64,000 bases of DNA from Vicugna vicugna (taxonomy: Eukaryota). Under the pieces are notes generated by a model, which was not told the origin of the DNA, did no database searches, and saw only the letters and a list, made by a program, of their open reading frames with translations. Positions 1-12,315 of the stretch are shown in pieces (within the stretch, counting starts at the first letter, position 1; every line of letters begins with the position of its first letter). The DNA is taken from the NCBI GenBank assembly GCA_013265495.1, contig MU058289.1, positions 1,485,451-1,549,450 of the forward strand, written 5' to 3'. Position numbers and translations under genes: made by a program.

Positions 1-1029
1 ATGATAATTCCAGAGTTATTACATAATGACCTAACCAACAGACCAGAATGTGATACAAAGATCTAAATGTGTCTCCAGAGAAATAGAGAATGCAGTAGAC
101 CATGCCTGGACTATGGAAAGTGCTTTATGGAGATAAAATTACAGTATAAAAATGAAGAAAACAAGCTTACTGAAACTAACATGTATAGTCTGATCTAAAA
201 GCTGGTAACAGTGAGTGTTTAAATATTTAAAAATAAGAAAACAACTAACAAAAACAAAAATCTCTTTGCAGTCAGTAATAACCTAGAGCACAGAGAAGCT
301 GCCATGCTACGTACAGAAGAGAGAATTAGTGACACACTAGTGAAGGAAAGAAAGCAAACATGCCCCAAGGTGGCTGAGCCAATGGCAAACGCTAATTATT
401 CAGACAAGATGACATTCTGCCCCTGGACACGCTGCGCTATTGCTGGTAAAAATACCAATAGCGACTGTTTCTGAACTCCTACTTTGTTGGTCAAGCACTG
501 TGGTGCACAAAACCTTTTACACTGGTAATACATATTCACTGCAAATAAATTAGGGGGGAAAGATCAGCTAAATAAAGAAATAAAGAGTATCATCAAACAT
601 TACTAACTAGATACAACCACTGATTACATGTTTCGTATACAGTCTACATTTGTACTTGCAGATTTAAATTACCTCATAGCCTGCTTTGCAAACTAAAACA
701 TGTCAAAAATGTCTTACCATGCAACACACATAGGAAGTTTTATATTTCAGCTACACTGCTATGAATCTTAACGTAACTAACAAGGATAATTATAAAATAT
801 CATCTAGGACATGAAAAAGTGAAAGGCCACTCAGGGTAACTAAGTCCACATCATTTATGGTAGAAAAAGGGCTGTACTCTTAGAGTAATTTCTCCCATTC
901 AAAATGTGAGTTTCCTCCATAAACAAGCAAATTAATGCTGTGAGTTTATACTGAGCAGAGATAAAAATATATATAAGTCACCCAGCAGACAGCATATGGC
1001 CCAGAAGCCTATTAGAGTTTAGTAAATTC

Positions 1030-1127
1030 TTTTTTTTTTCCCTCTTAGTGGAGGTACTGGGGGATGAACCCAGGACCTCATGCATGCTAAGCATGTGCTC
1101 TACCACTTTGGGCTATACCCTCCCCCT
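1030..1127 (-). mobile_element. Camelid tRNA-derived SINE (Vic-1-like)
   Basis: Reverse complement shows A/B-box-like head; T-tail; TSD AGTTTAGTAAATTC/AGTTCAGTAAATCC. Confidence 0.85.
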
Positions 1128-1559
1128 AGTTCAGTAAATCCTTTTTGTTGATGTCGTGTAACTTTTTAAATTAAAAGTTGTCACTTCAATTAAGAAGCAA
1201 ATACTAAACTTGCTCAAATGATAAAATGATTAAAAAGACAAACAAGAGGATACATGAGTGGAAATTCTGACTCCATGAACATGATGGTCATCACGTCACT
1301 TTGGGAGGGGCCCTCTGCACCCTAGGTGATACGGTACCAGCCTCACAATGTTACCTCACTGAGATAGGGATCACCATCCCCATTTGACAGACAGGGACGC
1401 TGTCTGCCACTTTATTCACATGGTATTCCAACTGGTGGTAACTGTGGCTAGCCGGGCTGAGGTGAGGAAGGGGGTCTCACACATCCTCTCAGCAGGAGCT
1501 AAGATGGTGGGCTCCTCCCTCGTTCCTGAAACACCTGCTTCCCTTGGCTTCCAAGTCAC

Positions 1560-2000
1560 TGCACTTACTCCACTGTCCTCCTCCCTCTCTGGCTGCTCCT
1601 CTTGTGTACTCCTTGGCTGCTTCTTATCATCTCCTGACCTATAAACCTCAGAGTGCCCTAGCGCTCACTCTTCCTGGTATTTCCCGCTTTGGTTCTCTAG
1701 CTACATTCACTTTCTTGGGAATCCTGTCCAGTTTTACGGCTTTAAATACCACCTACTGACTGCTAGTTCCCACATTCATGTCTCCAGTCTAGACCTCAAC
1801 ACTGAACTTCAGGTTTGTACATCCATCTATCAACTTGACGCCACCCCCTGGATGTCTAATAGGCACTGCAGACCTACTATTCTGGCGCACTCTTCCCCCA
1901 CGGTCCCCACCTCAGCAAACAGCACTACAGTTCCTCATGGCAGAAACCCTGGAGTCAACTCTGACCTTTGTCTCCCTCTCCGCTTCTTCTCCTCCTTCCC
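1560..2000. mobile_element. L2 fragment
   Basis: GGCTTTAAATACCACCTA...CTCCAGTCTAGACCTC...CTGAACTTCAG...GGATGTCTAATAGGCA. Confidence 0.65.
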
Positions 2001-2074
2001 CTCTCCCTTCCCCTCCTCTCCTTTTCTCTCTCACACACACACCCCCACAGGGCTACATTCAAGATACAATGGCT

Positions 2075-2445
2075 AGAATATTAACCAGTCTTTAAAAGAA
2101 GGGAAATTCTGACACATGCTACAATATGGATGAGCCTTAAAGACACTGTGCTAAGTGAAATAAGCCAGCCACAAAAAGATAAATATGACCCCACTTATAT
2201 GAGGTACCTACAGTAGTCAAATGCACGGAGACAGAAGGAAGAATGGTGGTTCCCAGGGGCTGGGGGGAGGGAGGAAGGGGAGTTACTGTTCAATGGGCAC
2301 AGAGTTTCAGTTTGGGAAGATGACAAGGTTCTGGAGACGGCTGCACAAAAATATGAATGTGCTTACTGGCACTGAACTATACACTTAAAAACGGTTAAGA
2401 TGGCAAATTTTATGTTATGTATAATTTAATGCAATTTAAAAAAAA
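2075..2445 (+). mobile_element. L1 3'UTR fragment (L1MA/MB-like)
   Basis: GAAATTCTGACACATGCTACAATATGGATGA...GCTAAGTGAAATAAGCCAG...CACTGAACTATACACTTAAAA. Confidence 0.8.
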
Positions 2446-2552
2446 GCACAACTGCTTCTCGCCACCTGGCCTGCTCCATTCTATTACAAGCCACAATCTC
2501 TCTTGCTAGGATTGCAACACAGCCTCTCAACTCATCTTCCTGCTTCCTTTCA

Positions 2553-3570
2553 ATCAGGATTAGTTTTATCTTCACAGAACAACAACAACAAATGCAGTGG
2601 CTTAAATAAGAGTGATGTTTACTTCTTTCTAAAGTGAAAACAAATCTAGGCTTAGGCAATCCAGAGCTGGATGGAGGCTCCGGGTATCACACGGAGCCCA
2701 GCTCCCATCTCTCTGCTCTTCATCCTCACACAAGGCTCACATTCTTAAATTACCTCAAAGTTCTAAATGGTTAAATGACCTCCAGGCATTTGGCCTGCAT
2801 TCTAGGTAGTAGAAAATGGCGGGGGCAGTGGGGGCACCCTTTTTTCCTCTAAAAACTTCCCAAATCCCAGCAGACTCATCTAAAGCCTCTAATTAGGTCT
2901 TCACGGATCAGAATTTACTCAAGTGATCACTCCTAGCTGTAAGAGAGGCTAGTAAGTACAGTCCTTTTTCCCTGGTTAACCTAAATTAAACTGCCTTGGC
3001 CTCTGTGGTTCCACAGAAATACACATAACAGGTAGCAGCACCGGTTCAATCCCATGACAGGGATCCGCAGAATACCGAGTTTCTGGTATTTACACCGCCA
3101 TGTATTGAAATTGATGGAAACTGAAGATTAGGTGAGAAGGGACTTACTAGCCTTAAAGTTTGTAAGCTAGTAATGCTAGGATTGGGAAATTGGTATTCAT
3201 CACCTTTCAAGTGTGGGAGGATAGAAAAACCTTAGATTTTAAGATTTTTAAATGTATTATCTGTAGTACTAGTTTGTGGCAATTATGAACTCTCTAAGCC
3301 ACATTAGAGGGGAAAATATGGTTGGTTTTATTTAAAAGTAACATTGCTAAGTCTAATCAGTGTCATCTTGGGTCAAACCACTTCATCCATTCCCATAAGG
3401 CTGTTGAGAAAAGTCATGTAGTTGGTGTCAATACAAGTTCATGGTTTCTAATTTTTTTTTAATCCTGAAAAAAAAATAAACAAAAATAAACAAAAAAGCC
3501 TCAAGAGTTTTATTATTAAGGCAGAAGGGGGAGGCTGGATTTGAGCGGCAACTAGCAGTCTCTTCTATCC
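2553..3570 (-). mobile_element. MLT1 (MaLR) LTR interrupted by a retrocopy
   Basis: CAGTGGCTTAAATAAG, CACTCCTAGCTGTAAGAGAGGCT and, after the insert, TATTATTAAGGCAGAAGGGG...GGCAACTAGCAGTCTCT. Confidence 0.6.
2998..3497 (+). pseudogene. Probable 5'-truncated retrocopy of an unidentified mRNA 3' end
   Basis: About 470 nt of non-repeat sequence interrupting an MLT1, with AATACA (3430-3435) and an A-rich tail (3468-3497). Only a weak TSD. Confidence 0.55.
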
Positions 3571-3577
3571 CTGAGAG

Positions 3578-3627
3578 GCTTTCTGAAAACAAAAATCCAC
3601 ACATAAAGCTTTCTGAAAACAAAAATC
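3578..3627 (+). repeat. 20-bp perfect direct repeat (period 30)
   Basis: GCTTTCTGAAAACAAAAATC at 3578-3597 and 3608-3627. Confidence 0.9.
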
Positions 3628-3874
3628 AGATTATTTCCCTCCCCTTCTCAAGGTCTTCCAGTGGCTTTCCATCACAATGAGAAAAAAAATCTTAACTCCT
3701 CATTCTGTCTTACAAAACCCTGCATCATCTGGCCCCCAACTATTCTCTGAACTTATTATTTCTTACCCCACCTCTCTCTCTCTACTCTTGCCACACCAGC
3801 TTTCTTGGGGTTCCTCAAGAATTTTGAGCACAGCTCCTATCTCCAGTTTTTGCATAAGCCAGTTCCCACTACCT

Positions 3875-4001
3875 CAGATTTTCAAAACATCACCACTACT
3901 GACATTTGGGACCAGAGAAGTCTCTGTTGTGGGGGGCCGTCCTATGCTGCACAGGGTGTTAGCACCATCCCTGGTCTCCACTCACCAGATGCCAGCAGCC
4001 C
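3875..4001 (-). mobile_element. MER20 (hAT-Charlie) fragment
   Basis: CACTACTGACATTTGGGACCAG...CATCCCTGGTCTCCACTCACCAGATGCCAG. Confidence 0.7.
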
Positions 4002-6124
4002 TGGTTGGGAGATGCAGCCACTCTAACCCTTCAGATCATACTGTTTCGAATAAATTTTCAATTTCTTACTATTAAAAAAAAATCAAAGAGAAAAATCCCT
4101 TCTTCCTAGGGTGACTTGAGACACCAAGAGCTGCAATAGAGCTCAGATGAGGCAGTGGAGGGGACCTTCTGAGTATCCAGGCATCTGTTTTGCTGCAAGA
4201 CTAAAACATAACCTGAGGGACTACAAGGAAGAGATATATCAAGACTCCACCTCCTCCAAATAAATTTGAATTAAAAATCAGAAAATGAAGAGCTTTGTGC
4301 TCCTGCAAACTTTTGCTTTTAATGATCTGGGGCCTGCGTCCTGTCACCTAATGTTCCATACTTCATGCAGAAACACCATGGGTGTGTATGTGTGGGGCAG
4401 AGGGGATACTCGTCAAAGGCAGAAAGAGAAACTGAGATCCTAAAGGATGACAAAAATTGTCCCCTTAATACATAGCGAGTCAGTAAATTTCTGATTTCCT
4501 AACATGCAAGTACAGTATCTGTCACTCTGTCATACCTCCTCCATCAAACCATTCTGGTTCCTCTGGTATGACTGATAAGCTCTTCTAAATGACTAAAATT
4601 CCTCTCACTCAACCCTAGCACCAAAATAAATAAATAAATAAAAATAATAAGAGGAGTGGGAGGAGATGTCTTTTTTATGACAAACAAAAATACTTCTAGA
4701 CCTTGCCAATTGCACCGCGGGGGAGAGTACACCCTGACCCCATTTGCAAATGAGCCACTACTCCACCTGGAGCGTTCAATCGTTTGGCCGTTGCTCTGAG
4801 AGGTAGTGCTCAAAAGCCCCATCCTCGGAGAGGCCTTTCCTCTACCTCTCTCTCTCCTCGTCATTCTTCATTTCTCTTCACAGCACCTCTCAACACCTGA
4901 CATTACGTTTGTCTGTGCTATGCACTTTTTACCTGTTTCCCCATCTAGGAGTTGAGCTGGATGTGCATGGGGTCTTTGCTTTGCTCTCAGTTATGTTCTC
5001 ATGGCCCTGGCACATAGTAGACAATCCTTCCATACATTTTTGTTGAAAGAAGAAAAGAAAGCAATGACTACCCTTCACATAAAAGCACCAAACTAGGCCA
5101 AGGGCAGCATGGTGACTGCAGGACATCAGGAAGTCAGCAACTATGTGCAGATGATAACTGATTCTTCCCCCAAAACTCTTCAGCTCTCTTTCCCTGGACA
5201 GCTCTTCTGCAGCCAGCCCACAGAGACCAGCTGCAACCTTGAGCTTACTCTGAGGATGACATCGTCAACAGGCATGGGGGAGACCATGACTCTCCTCTCC
5301 TGGAGAAAGAAAGTCCACATACCATGTAAGGCTTTCTGCAAGTGAGATGCTCATCGTGAATGAAGAATCGGGTATAACATATGTTATGCCTTGGAACTGC
5401 ATGCTTATTCTTTCAAATCGAGAACGAGTATTGTAATCAATGGATACACTGCTGACAGAATAAAGGGTAAATATAAGGGAGTAAAAAAGACGTATTTTCC
5501 ATGTGTTTGTATATGCATATCTGTTCGCTGCCATCCGTCAGATACATAAAACAATTAACAGTGGTTTTATCTGGGACTGCGATGGAATCAGAAGGGAGAC
5601 ACAGAGAAGGGGGCTTATGCTATTCAGAAATGTTTGAATTTTTTACCATTAGCCTGCATCATATATAAGAAAAACAAATCTTACCAACAGTAATACATCC
5701 AAAACATTCCCCTTAAAATGAGTACTAACACAAAGATGCTCATTCTTAAAGCTGATTGTTTTATACATTAAAACCTATGGTCAATGCAACAAGCTATACA
5801 ACCACTGGAAGAGAGGAGATACATGCAAATGACATGACCACAGGTACCCAAAACCCCAAATAAACCAACTGAAACAGAATTATTGAGTTTAGCCACATGG
5901 CAGGAGACAAGATGAAAGTATAAAAATCAGTGGTGCTCCTATGTTATAGAAAAGACTTTTAAATATTATTTCATTCATGAGAGCAACTAAAATTAAAATT
6001 ACTTAAGAATTTTAAGAAGATATACAGCCACTAGAAAGAAAATTTACTGAGAGACATAACAGAAAGCTTCAGAGAAGACATAATAAACTGCTAAACTGAA
6101 AACAAAACAAAACAATTCAGCAGG

Positions 6125-6530
6125 TGTATCCCGGGTCATAAATATGTTTCCCATCACATCCTCGCCCCTCTTCCGCTGGCATGTGCTTTCTTGGAAGCAG
6201 CCCTCAGGGAACCACCTCAGGCACCACAGTCTTGTGGCATGAGTTGGGGTGACTCTGCCTGAACCCCACCCCCGGGAGTAGGCACACAAGTCAGGCCTGG
6301 CCAGTGAGTTCATTAGTTTAATCTTTCCAGTCACAGGGTCCAAGGACAGGCAAGTGACCCAACCCAAGCCAACCAAACTGAGTTCTAGAACTTTTGTCAG
6401 AACCTGGGGCAAACAGAGGTGCTCTTTCTGCTCAGTGGTTGGCGACTCTGCCATAGAGAGAGTCTGCTTCTGTTCAGCACTTGTGAGTCCCTGGATCCAG
6501 CCATGCCCCAAAGCTACCTTTCTTCAGTTT
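6125..6530. mobile_element. MLT1-family LTR remnant
   Basis: GCAAGTGACCCAACCCAAGCCAACCA and CCCTGGATCCAGCCATGCC motifs typical of MLT1J-L. Confidence 0.5.
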
Positions 6531-6685
6531 CATGGGGTCAATTTTCTTGAGCGGAAGTACAGTGCTACAGTCAAGAGACTGCCTGGTCTAAAGACTGGAT
6601 CTGCCATGAGACTTCTGGTAAGTTGTTCAACCTCTCCACACTTGTCAATAAAATGGGAACATGAGTCGTACCTAACTCACAAGGT

Positions 6686-7121
6686 TGTCCACTGGGGAAA
6701 AAAAAGCTGAACCTAAAAAGCTGAGTATTATGTTTTATTCAGTGGATTTTCTGAGGACTTAAGCCCAGAAGACAGCTTCTCAAGATACCTCCGAGGGATT
6801 GCTCTGAAGATGTAAGAGAAGAACCAGGAGTTTTGCAACAAAAATCAGGTAGTCGGAACATCAGAAGATTACTATTAATTAAGGAAAACCAGACATCTCA
6901 AGTTAACGAACTTAGCACGGTTTTCTAAGTATGGAAAGATCCAAGAGTCTGGGCTCATGGAAAGCATCCCTTTGATACGCACCTTAGCTATCAAGGGCCA
7001 GTATCCGGCTTTTCTCCAGTCCTCTCAGGGTGCAGAGGCTGCTGGCCTGATACCCTTTGTATGTCGTCAGTAAACAACATCCTTTGTTTACTGATATGGC
7101 AGGTGACATTATTCCTCCACA
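6686..7121 (-). mobile_element. ERV1-type solo LTR inserted in a MIR
   Basis: TG...CA termini on the minus strand, AATAAA, 4-bp TSD AGGT/AGAT; homologous to 9267-9709. Confidence 0.8.
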
Positions 7122-8378
7122 AGATCATTAACAGAATTCAGTGAGTTAATGTGCAGAACCTCAGAGCAATACAGTACATAGTACTATATGACTATTAGCT
7201 GCTTTTTGCTTTTATTGTTGTTTAAGCTATTGTGAGTTTGGTTTCTGTCACTTTAAGTCATAGCATTAAAAAAAAAACACACATCGAATCATATCACTCT
7301 CTTGCTCAAAATACCCCTCTAAAAAAATCCCATCTCATTCTATATAAAATCTAAACTCTTACCAGGGCCTCCAAGGTTCTTTCCCAGGTTAGGTGGGAGG
7401 TGCTGGTATGGGGGCTGGGTCCTGTCAAAGTGAGCCGGGTGGGGGGACCCTGAGCCAATCAACAGTCAGGCTTGAGGCTGCCCTCCATCTGCATCACTGA
7501 ACTCTTTACACCTAGTGTCACAGTTTACTTATTTAACTGTTGCCCACCAGGCCTGGAGCACTTTCAATAGTCCTCACTCATCTTTGCCAGCTTGCAGCCA
7601 GCTCACCTGTCTTTTATTTTGGAGAGTGGGTGGTAGCAGCCAGGTGAAGAAGAAAGCAGGCCAGGTGACTGGGGCCAGGAGCTAATGGGGCCTCAGAAGG
7701 GGTCAGGAGTGACCAAGGACTCACAGGGGTTCCTTCACTTTCCTGTCTCTCGACAGTGTTAGCTGGATCAGAAAGCCCAGTCTCATGGAGGGATGGACAC
7801 TGCAAGCAAGTCCCTCTGCACAAAGACTGCACTGGCCTGAGGCAGCAGAGAGGTACAGGACACAACCCCTGTGTATGCTGGCCCCAGAAGGATTTTAGGT
7901 AAATGTGGTTTTTACAGACAGATGCTCAATTTCCTGATTTGTAAGGATGAAGGAGGCTGCCAAAACAGGCTATTATCCAGTTCCGTGAAATCTCAGAAAC
8001 TGACCACTAACCATAAACATTTAGAATAGAAAGTAATTCAGAAAAGTTAGTTCTATGTAAAATTACATTTCACGAAATCATTTGTTTCCTTCTAATTTGT
8101 CCACAAAATATCATTTTTCCCTTATGTTCACTCAAGCCTTTTTACCAACTGTGAAATGTTGATTTAACATTCTCCTAAAAGAAAGCAACATTGTAATTTT
8201 AGTCACCAAAACTACAAACACATTATTCTTTCCTTGACTCCTCCCTACTGCTGGGGTCCTGCCTTCAGAGGTGTCTGCTCTCTGATCTCATTTTCTTCCT
8301 TGATTCACTTTTATTTTCTTCATGTTTTGAAAAGCACCTGCCTTTCTTCTCATCGTTATAGTGTACTCAATAATACTC

Positions 8379-9734
8379 TGTGATATTGTGATTTACAATA
8401 AGAAATATGTATTTTGGACTTCTTCTAAGGTTCCTGGTACACAGCTCCTAAAACCCTTGAAATTTTCTAGGGGATAAGAAAGATGAAATATCTTTTGTTG
8501 TTCACAACAACGCTCTTTCAACCGTAACTGAGTTTATGTTAATGAGGTAACTTTTGGAAAACCCCTAAGGATGGGGACTGGTTGCCAGGGGAACCAAGTT
8601 TGAAACTTTCAGCCCAATCCTTCTGGTGAAGGGGAGAGGCTGGAGATAGACTCAATCTTCAATGGCTAAAGATTTAATCAACCACACCTGTGCAATGAAG
8701 CCTCGAAAAAGCCCGTAGTGTGGAGCTTCTGGGTTAAAGAACACGTCGAGGTGATGGGAAGGTGGCACAGCTGGAGAAGGCATGGATGCTCACATACCTT
8801 GCCCTATGCGTATCTTTCATCTGACTGTTCCTGAGTTATATCCTTTTATAATCTAGTAAGTAGAATGTTTTTCTGAGTTCTGTGAGCTGCTCTAGCAAAT
8901 TAACTGGACCTGTTGGGGGAAGGGGGGCGGGTCATCACAGGAATTTCTGATTTATAGCCAGTTGGGAAGACACACAACATCCTGGACTTGCGACTGCTGT
9001 CTAAAGGGGAAGGGGGCAGTTTTGTGGGACTGAGCCCTTAACTGTGGGATCTGATGCTAACTCCAGGTAAATAGTGTCAGAATTGATCCAAAATTGCTTG
9101 GGGTGGGAAAGCCCCCAGCAACAACTGACGACCACAGCACCAAAAGTGAAGTAGAGTATCCTGTGAATAGACAGATGTGGACAAAGAGTGTTACAGTTAT
9201 ATACTACTATGCACTCTATTGCTCTGAGATTCTACACACTAACTCACTGAATTCTGTTAATAATCTTGTGGAGGAAGAATGTCGTCTGCCACATCAGTGA
9301 ACAAAGTACGTTGCCTATATCAAGCCAACAGCCACTGCAGCCACCCCCAGCTGTGCACCCTGAGGGGATTGGAGAAAAGCGGGATACTGGCCCTAGATAG
9401 CTAAGGTGCGTATCAAAGGGATGATTTCCATGAGCCCAGACTCTTACATCTTCCCATACTTAGAAAAGCATGCTAAGTTCATTAACTTGAGATGTCCGGT
9501 TTTCTTTAACAGTAATCTTTTGATGTTCCAACTACCTGATTTCTGTTGCAAAACTCCTGTATATCCTGGCTCCTCCTCTGCTTCTCTGGAGCAATTCCTT
9601 AGAGCTATGTGAGAAGCTGTCTTCCTGGCTTAAGTCCTCAGAAAACCCACCAAATAAAACATAATTCTCAATTTTACGGTTGTGCTTTTTTTTTTTTTTC
9701 CAGTTGACACAGAGAACAGAAGAGTTTTCCTAAA
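8379..9734 (+). mobile_element. MER21-like LTR, interrupted at 9176-9709
   Basis: Starts TGTGATATTGTGA with the MER21-type motif CACAGCTCCTAAAACCCTTG; TSD TACTC at 8374-8378 and 9735-9739. Confidence 0.75.
9176..9709 (+). mobile_element. ERV1-type solo LTR (same family) with rearranged 5' end, inserted in MER21
   Basis: TSD CAGA at 9172-9175 and 9710-9713; TGTGGA start; AATAAA; TTGACA end. Confidence 0.8.
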
Positions 9735-9849
9735 TACTCTCCTTGCTGTTAGAAGACCACTTCACGTGCACAACTTCCTCCATGAAATGGAATCCATTAC
9801 GGGGTTTCCCTGATACATTACTTGTTTCATGTGGTCATAAATTTCTCTC

Positions 9850-10670
9850 TTCCTTTCTTTAAAATTGGAAAATATCTAAACATACACAAAAACAGAGTAT
9901 AACAAACCACCATGTACCTATCAAAAAGCTTCAATAACCATCAACATTTTGCCATATCTTTTTCATCCTCCCCGACTCCACTTTTTTCTGCTGGAAAGTT
10001 CTGAAGCAAATCAAATCAACCAAGTACCTGTACATGTTCAAATTATCTTATATTTAAAAATTTCTTTTTTTTTTTTTGGTTTGAATCTCAATCCCTAAAA
10101 GCTCATTTTATTTGGTTGTTTTTTCTCTTAACTACCTAATTTTTCTTCATGCTACTAGACTTTACTGAACAGATCAGGTCAACTGCCTATAGAACATGCC
10201 ACATTCTAGATTTGTCTGATTGCTCCCTTGTGGTGTTGTGTAACTTGTTCCACCGTATCCCATGTTCCTTGTAGACTTGAGAATTCATTCTATAGTGCAA
10301 GACTATATTGAGTCATGATCATTTGGTTGTCTCATATTCAGTGATGCTGAAGTTGACCAATGGATTTGGGTGGGAAAGGCCTAATTCTCTTACGAAGCTC
10401 CCCAACAGCTTTTCACAAATGCTTTTATCCTCCACTGTTGTCCACCACCTAAGTCAGTTCATTGTAGTCTACAAAATGGTGATTTTCCTAATTGTATCAC
10501 CCCTTCTACAAGGAAGAACACTGAGATGCTTCTAAATAGAAGCTTCCCTAATCCACTAGGGTCATTTGGTTACCCTGAAAAAAAGTATGTACTGGAGAAA
10601 CAGGAAATTTGCTTCATTCCTCATTTTTCTCCTTTTAATTAGCAATTTTCAGAATGAGTTGGTTGTACAG
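9850..10670 (-). mobile_element. Old L1 3' end (L1MC/ME-like)
   Basis: AAACATACACAAAAACAGAGTATAACAAACCACCATGTACC...CCACATTCTAGATTTGTCTGATTGC. Confidence 0.55.
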
Positions 10671-11415
10671 TACTTCTTAACAAATCAAAGGATCCAGTCT
10701 CTCCAAAGTGGCAGATGCCCCCTGATCCCAGAGGCTTCCACCCACGTAGAGTGGGCTAGGCAGAAAGTAAATCTTATTTGTTGTTCACAATGAAGTTTTG
10801 CAGAATCATCCAAATTCCAACTACTTAATTATAGCTTCTTCTGAAGGCTAAACTCCAAAGACAATTTAGATAATAGAAGATTCACCTTAATAAAAGAATA
10901 AACCAAAAAGAGTGATTAGAAATTTGCAACAGCCTGAAAACTGATTTACATAAGTGTTTTATGAAATGAACTTCAGTTTCTGATTCACAGTAGCAATTTG
11001 GGTTTTCATTTGGCACATATAGTTAGGAAATATTTACTCCATAATCTGTTACGGAAGATCAACTAGCCAAAACAAGAAAGAGGCAACACTGAATTTCACC
11101 TTTAGGCAAGGGAAAAAAAAGCAGATTTAACTCCATTAGGGTTAACAAAAGTCACATTTTGAAACCAGCTTCTAATATTTTCCATTACTGTTGCTCTACA
11201 GTATTTTTGGCATATATTTATCCAAAATGAATGTTAATATGCCTGATGAATTAAGGTCCCTAAGAGTCAGTGCTCACAAAAAATTATTTCAAACAGATTC
11301 ACAGGTATACAGTATACAAAAGACATTTGTCAGTGCACCAAACTTTTGAAAGCCAAGGTTCAATTATATAAAGACTTGATTTAATGTCTGCCTGCCTATT
11401 GACAAGGTGGTAATA

Positions 11416-11755
11416 TAGTGGGTGCTCTGTATCTGCAGGTTCCACAGTGGCAGATTCAACCAACTACGGATCAAAAATGTTCAGGGGCGGAAATATTCCA
11501 GAAAGTTTCAAAAGCAAAACTTGAATTTGCCATGCAGGCAACTATTGACATGGCATCTACATTGTATTTACAACTATTTACGTACATTTACACTGTATTA
11601 GGTATTAAAAATAATCTAGAGATGATTCAAATTATACAGTGGGATGTGCATACGTTATATGCAAATACTATGTCATTTTATATAAGGGACTTCAGCATCT
11701 TCAAATTTTGGTATCCTGAGGGGGTCAAAGAACCAATTTCCTGCAGATAGGACTG
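11416..11755 (-). mobile_element. MER2-like Tigger MITE
   Basis: ATTAGGTATTAAAAATAATCTAGAGATGATT...TATATGCAAATACTATGTCATTTTATATAAGGGACTT. Confidence 0.75.
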
Positions 11756-11939
11756 TTCTTAGACAGTTATTAACAATACTGGGAGATAAAAAAGAGAGTC
11801 TCTTTAAAGACCTGTAACTCCCAGGAAACCTGTACCAACACTGAGGCCCCAAGGTGAAACCAGAGCCCCAGAGCTGTCAAGGGGTGAAAAAAGCAAAGGG
11901 ACAAGTGGCATCACTTTGTCTTGCTGCCCTCCCTGCACC

Positions 11940-12315
11940 TTCCCTTCAGAGGCTGACCTCTTTATCTTTCTGACCTCACCCCTAGTGTCTCACTTTCACT
12001 CCCTGCTTCAGCCACAACAGGTCCTCACTGCCCTTCAAACACAAATTTGCTCCTGCCTCAGGAACTCTGCACTAGATGTTCCCTCTGCCTGGAATTCTCT
12101 TTTTCTGGTTATCACCAGGGCTTACTCCTTCATCTCCTTCACATAATCACATTCTCAGTGATGCCTTTTCTAACCATCTTATCAAAGATCACACCCTTGT
12201 CTATCTACTGAAGGGAAGGAATTTCTGTCTTGTTCTCTGATGTATCCTCGGTGCCTGGAACAGACCCTGGCACCAACAAAATATGCAAAATATCTGTGGA
12301 ATGACCACATGAACA
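11940..12315. mobile_element. L2 3' fragment
   Basis: TGTTCCCTCTGCCTGGAA...TGTATCCTCGGTGCCTGGAACAG...ATCTGTGGAATGA. Confidence 0.65.

Noticed and set aside
3043..3053. B-box-like GGTTCAATCCC
   Set aside because: No A box, cloverleaf or SINE body around it; it lies inside the putative retrocopy.
3000..3460. Mitochondrial D-loop NUMT
   Set aside because: Only a short CAGGGATCC resemblance; no recognisable conserved control-region blocks, and an A-tail is present.
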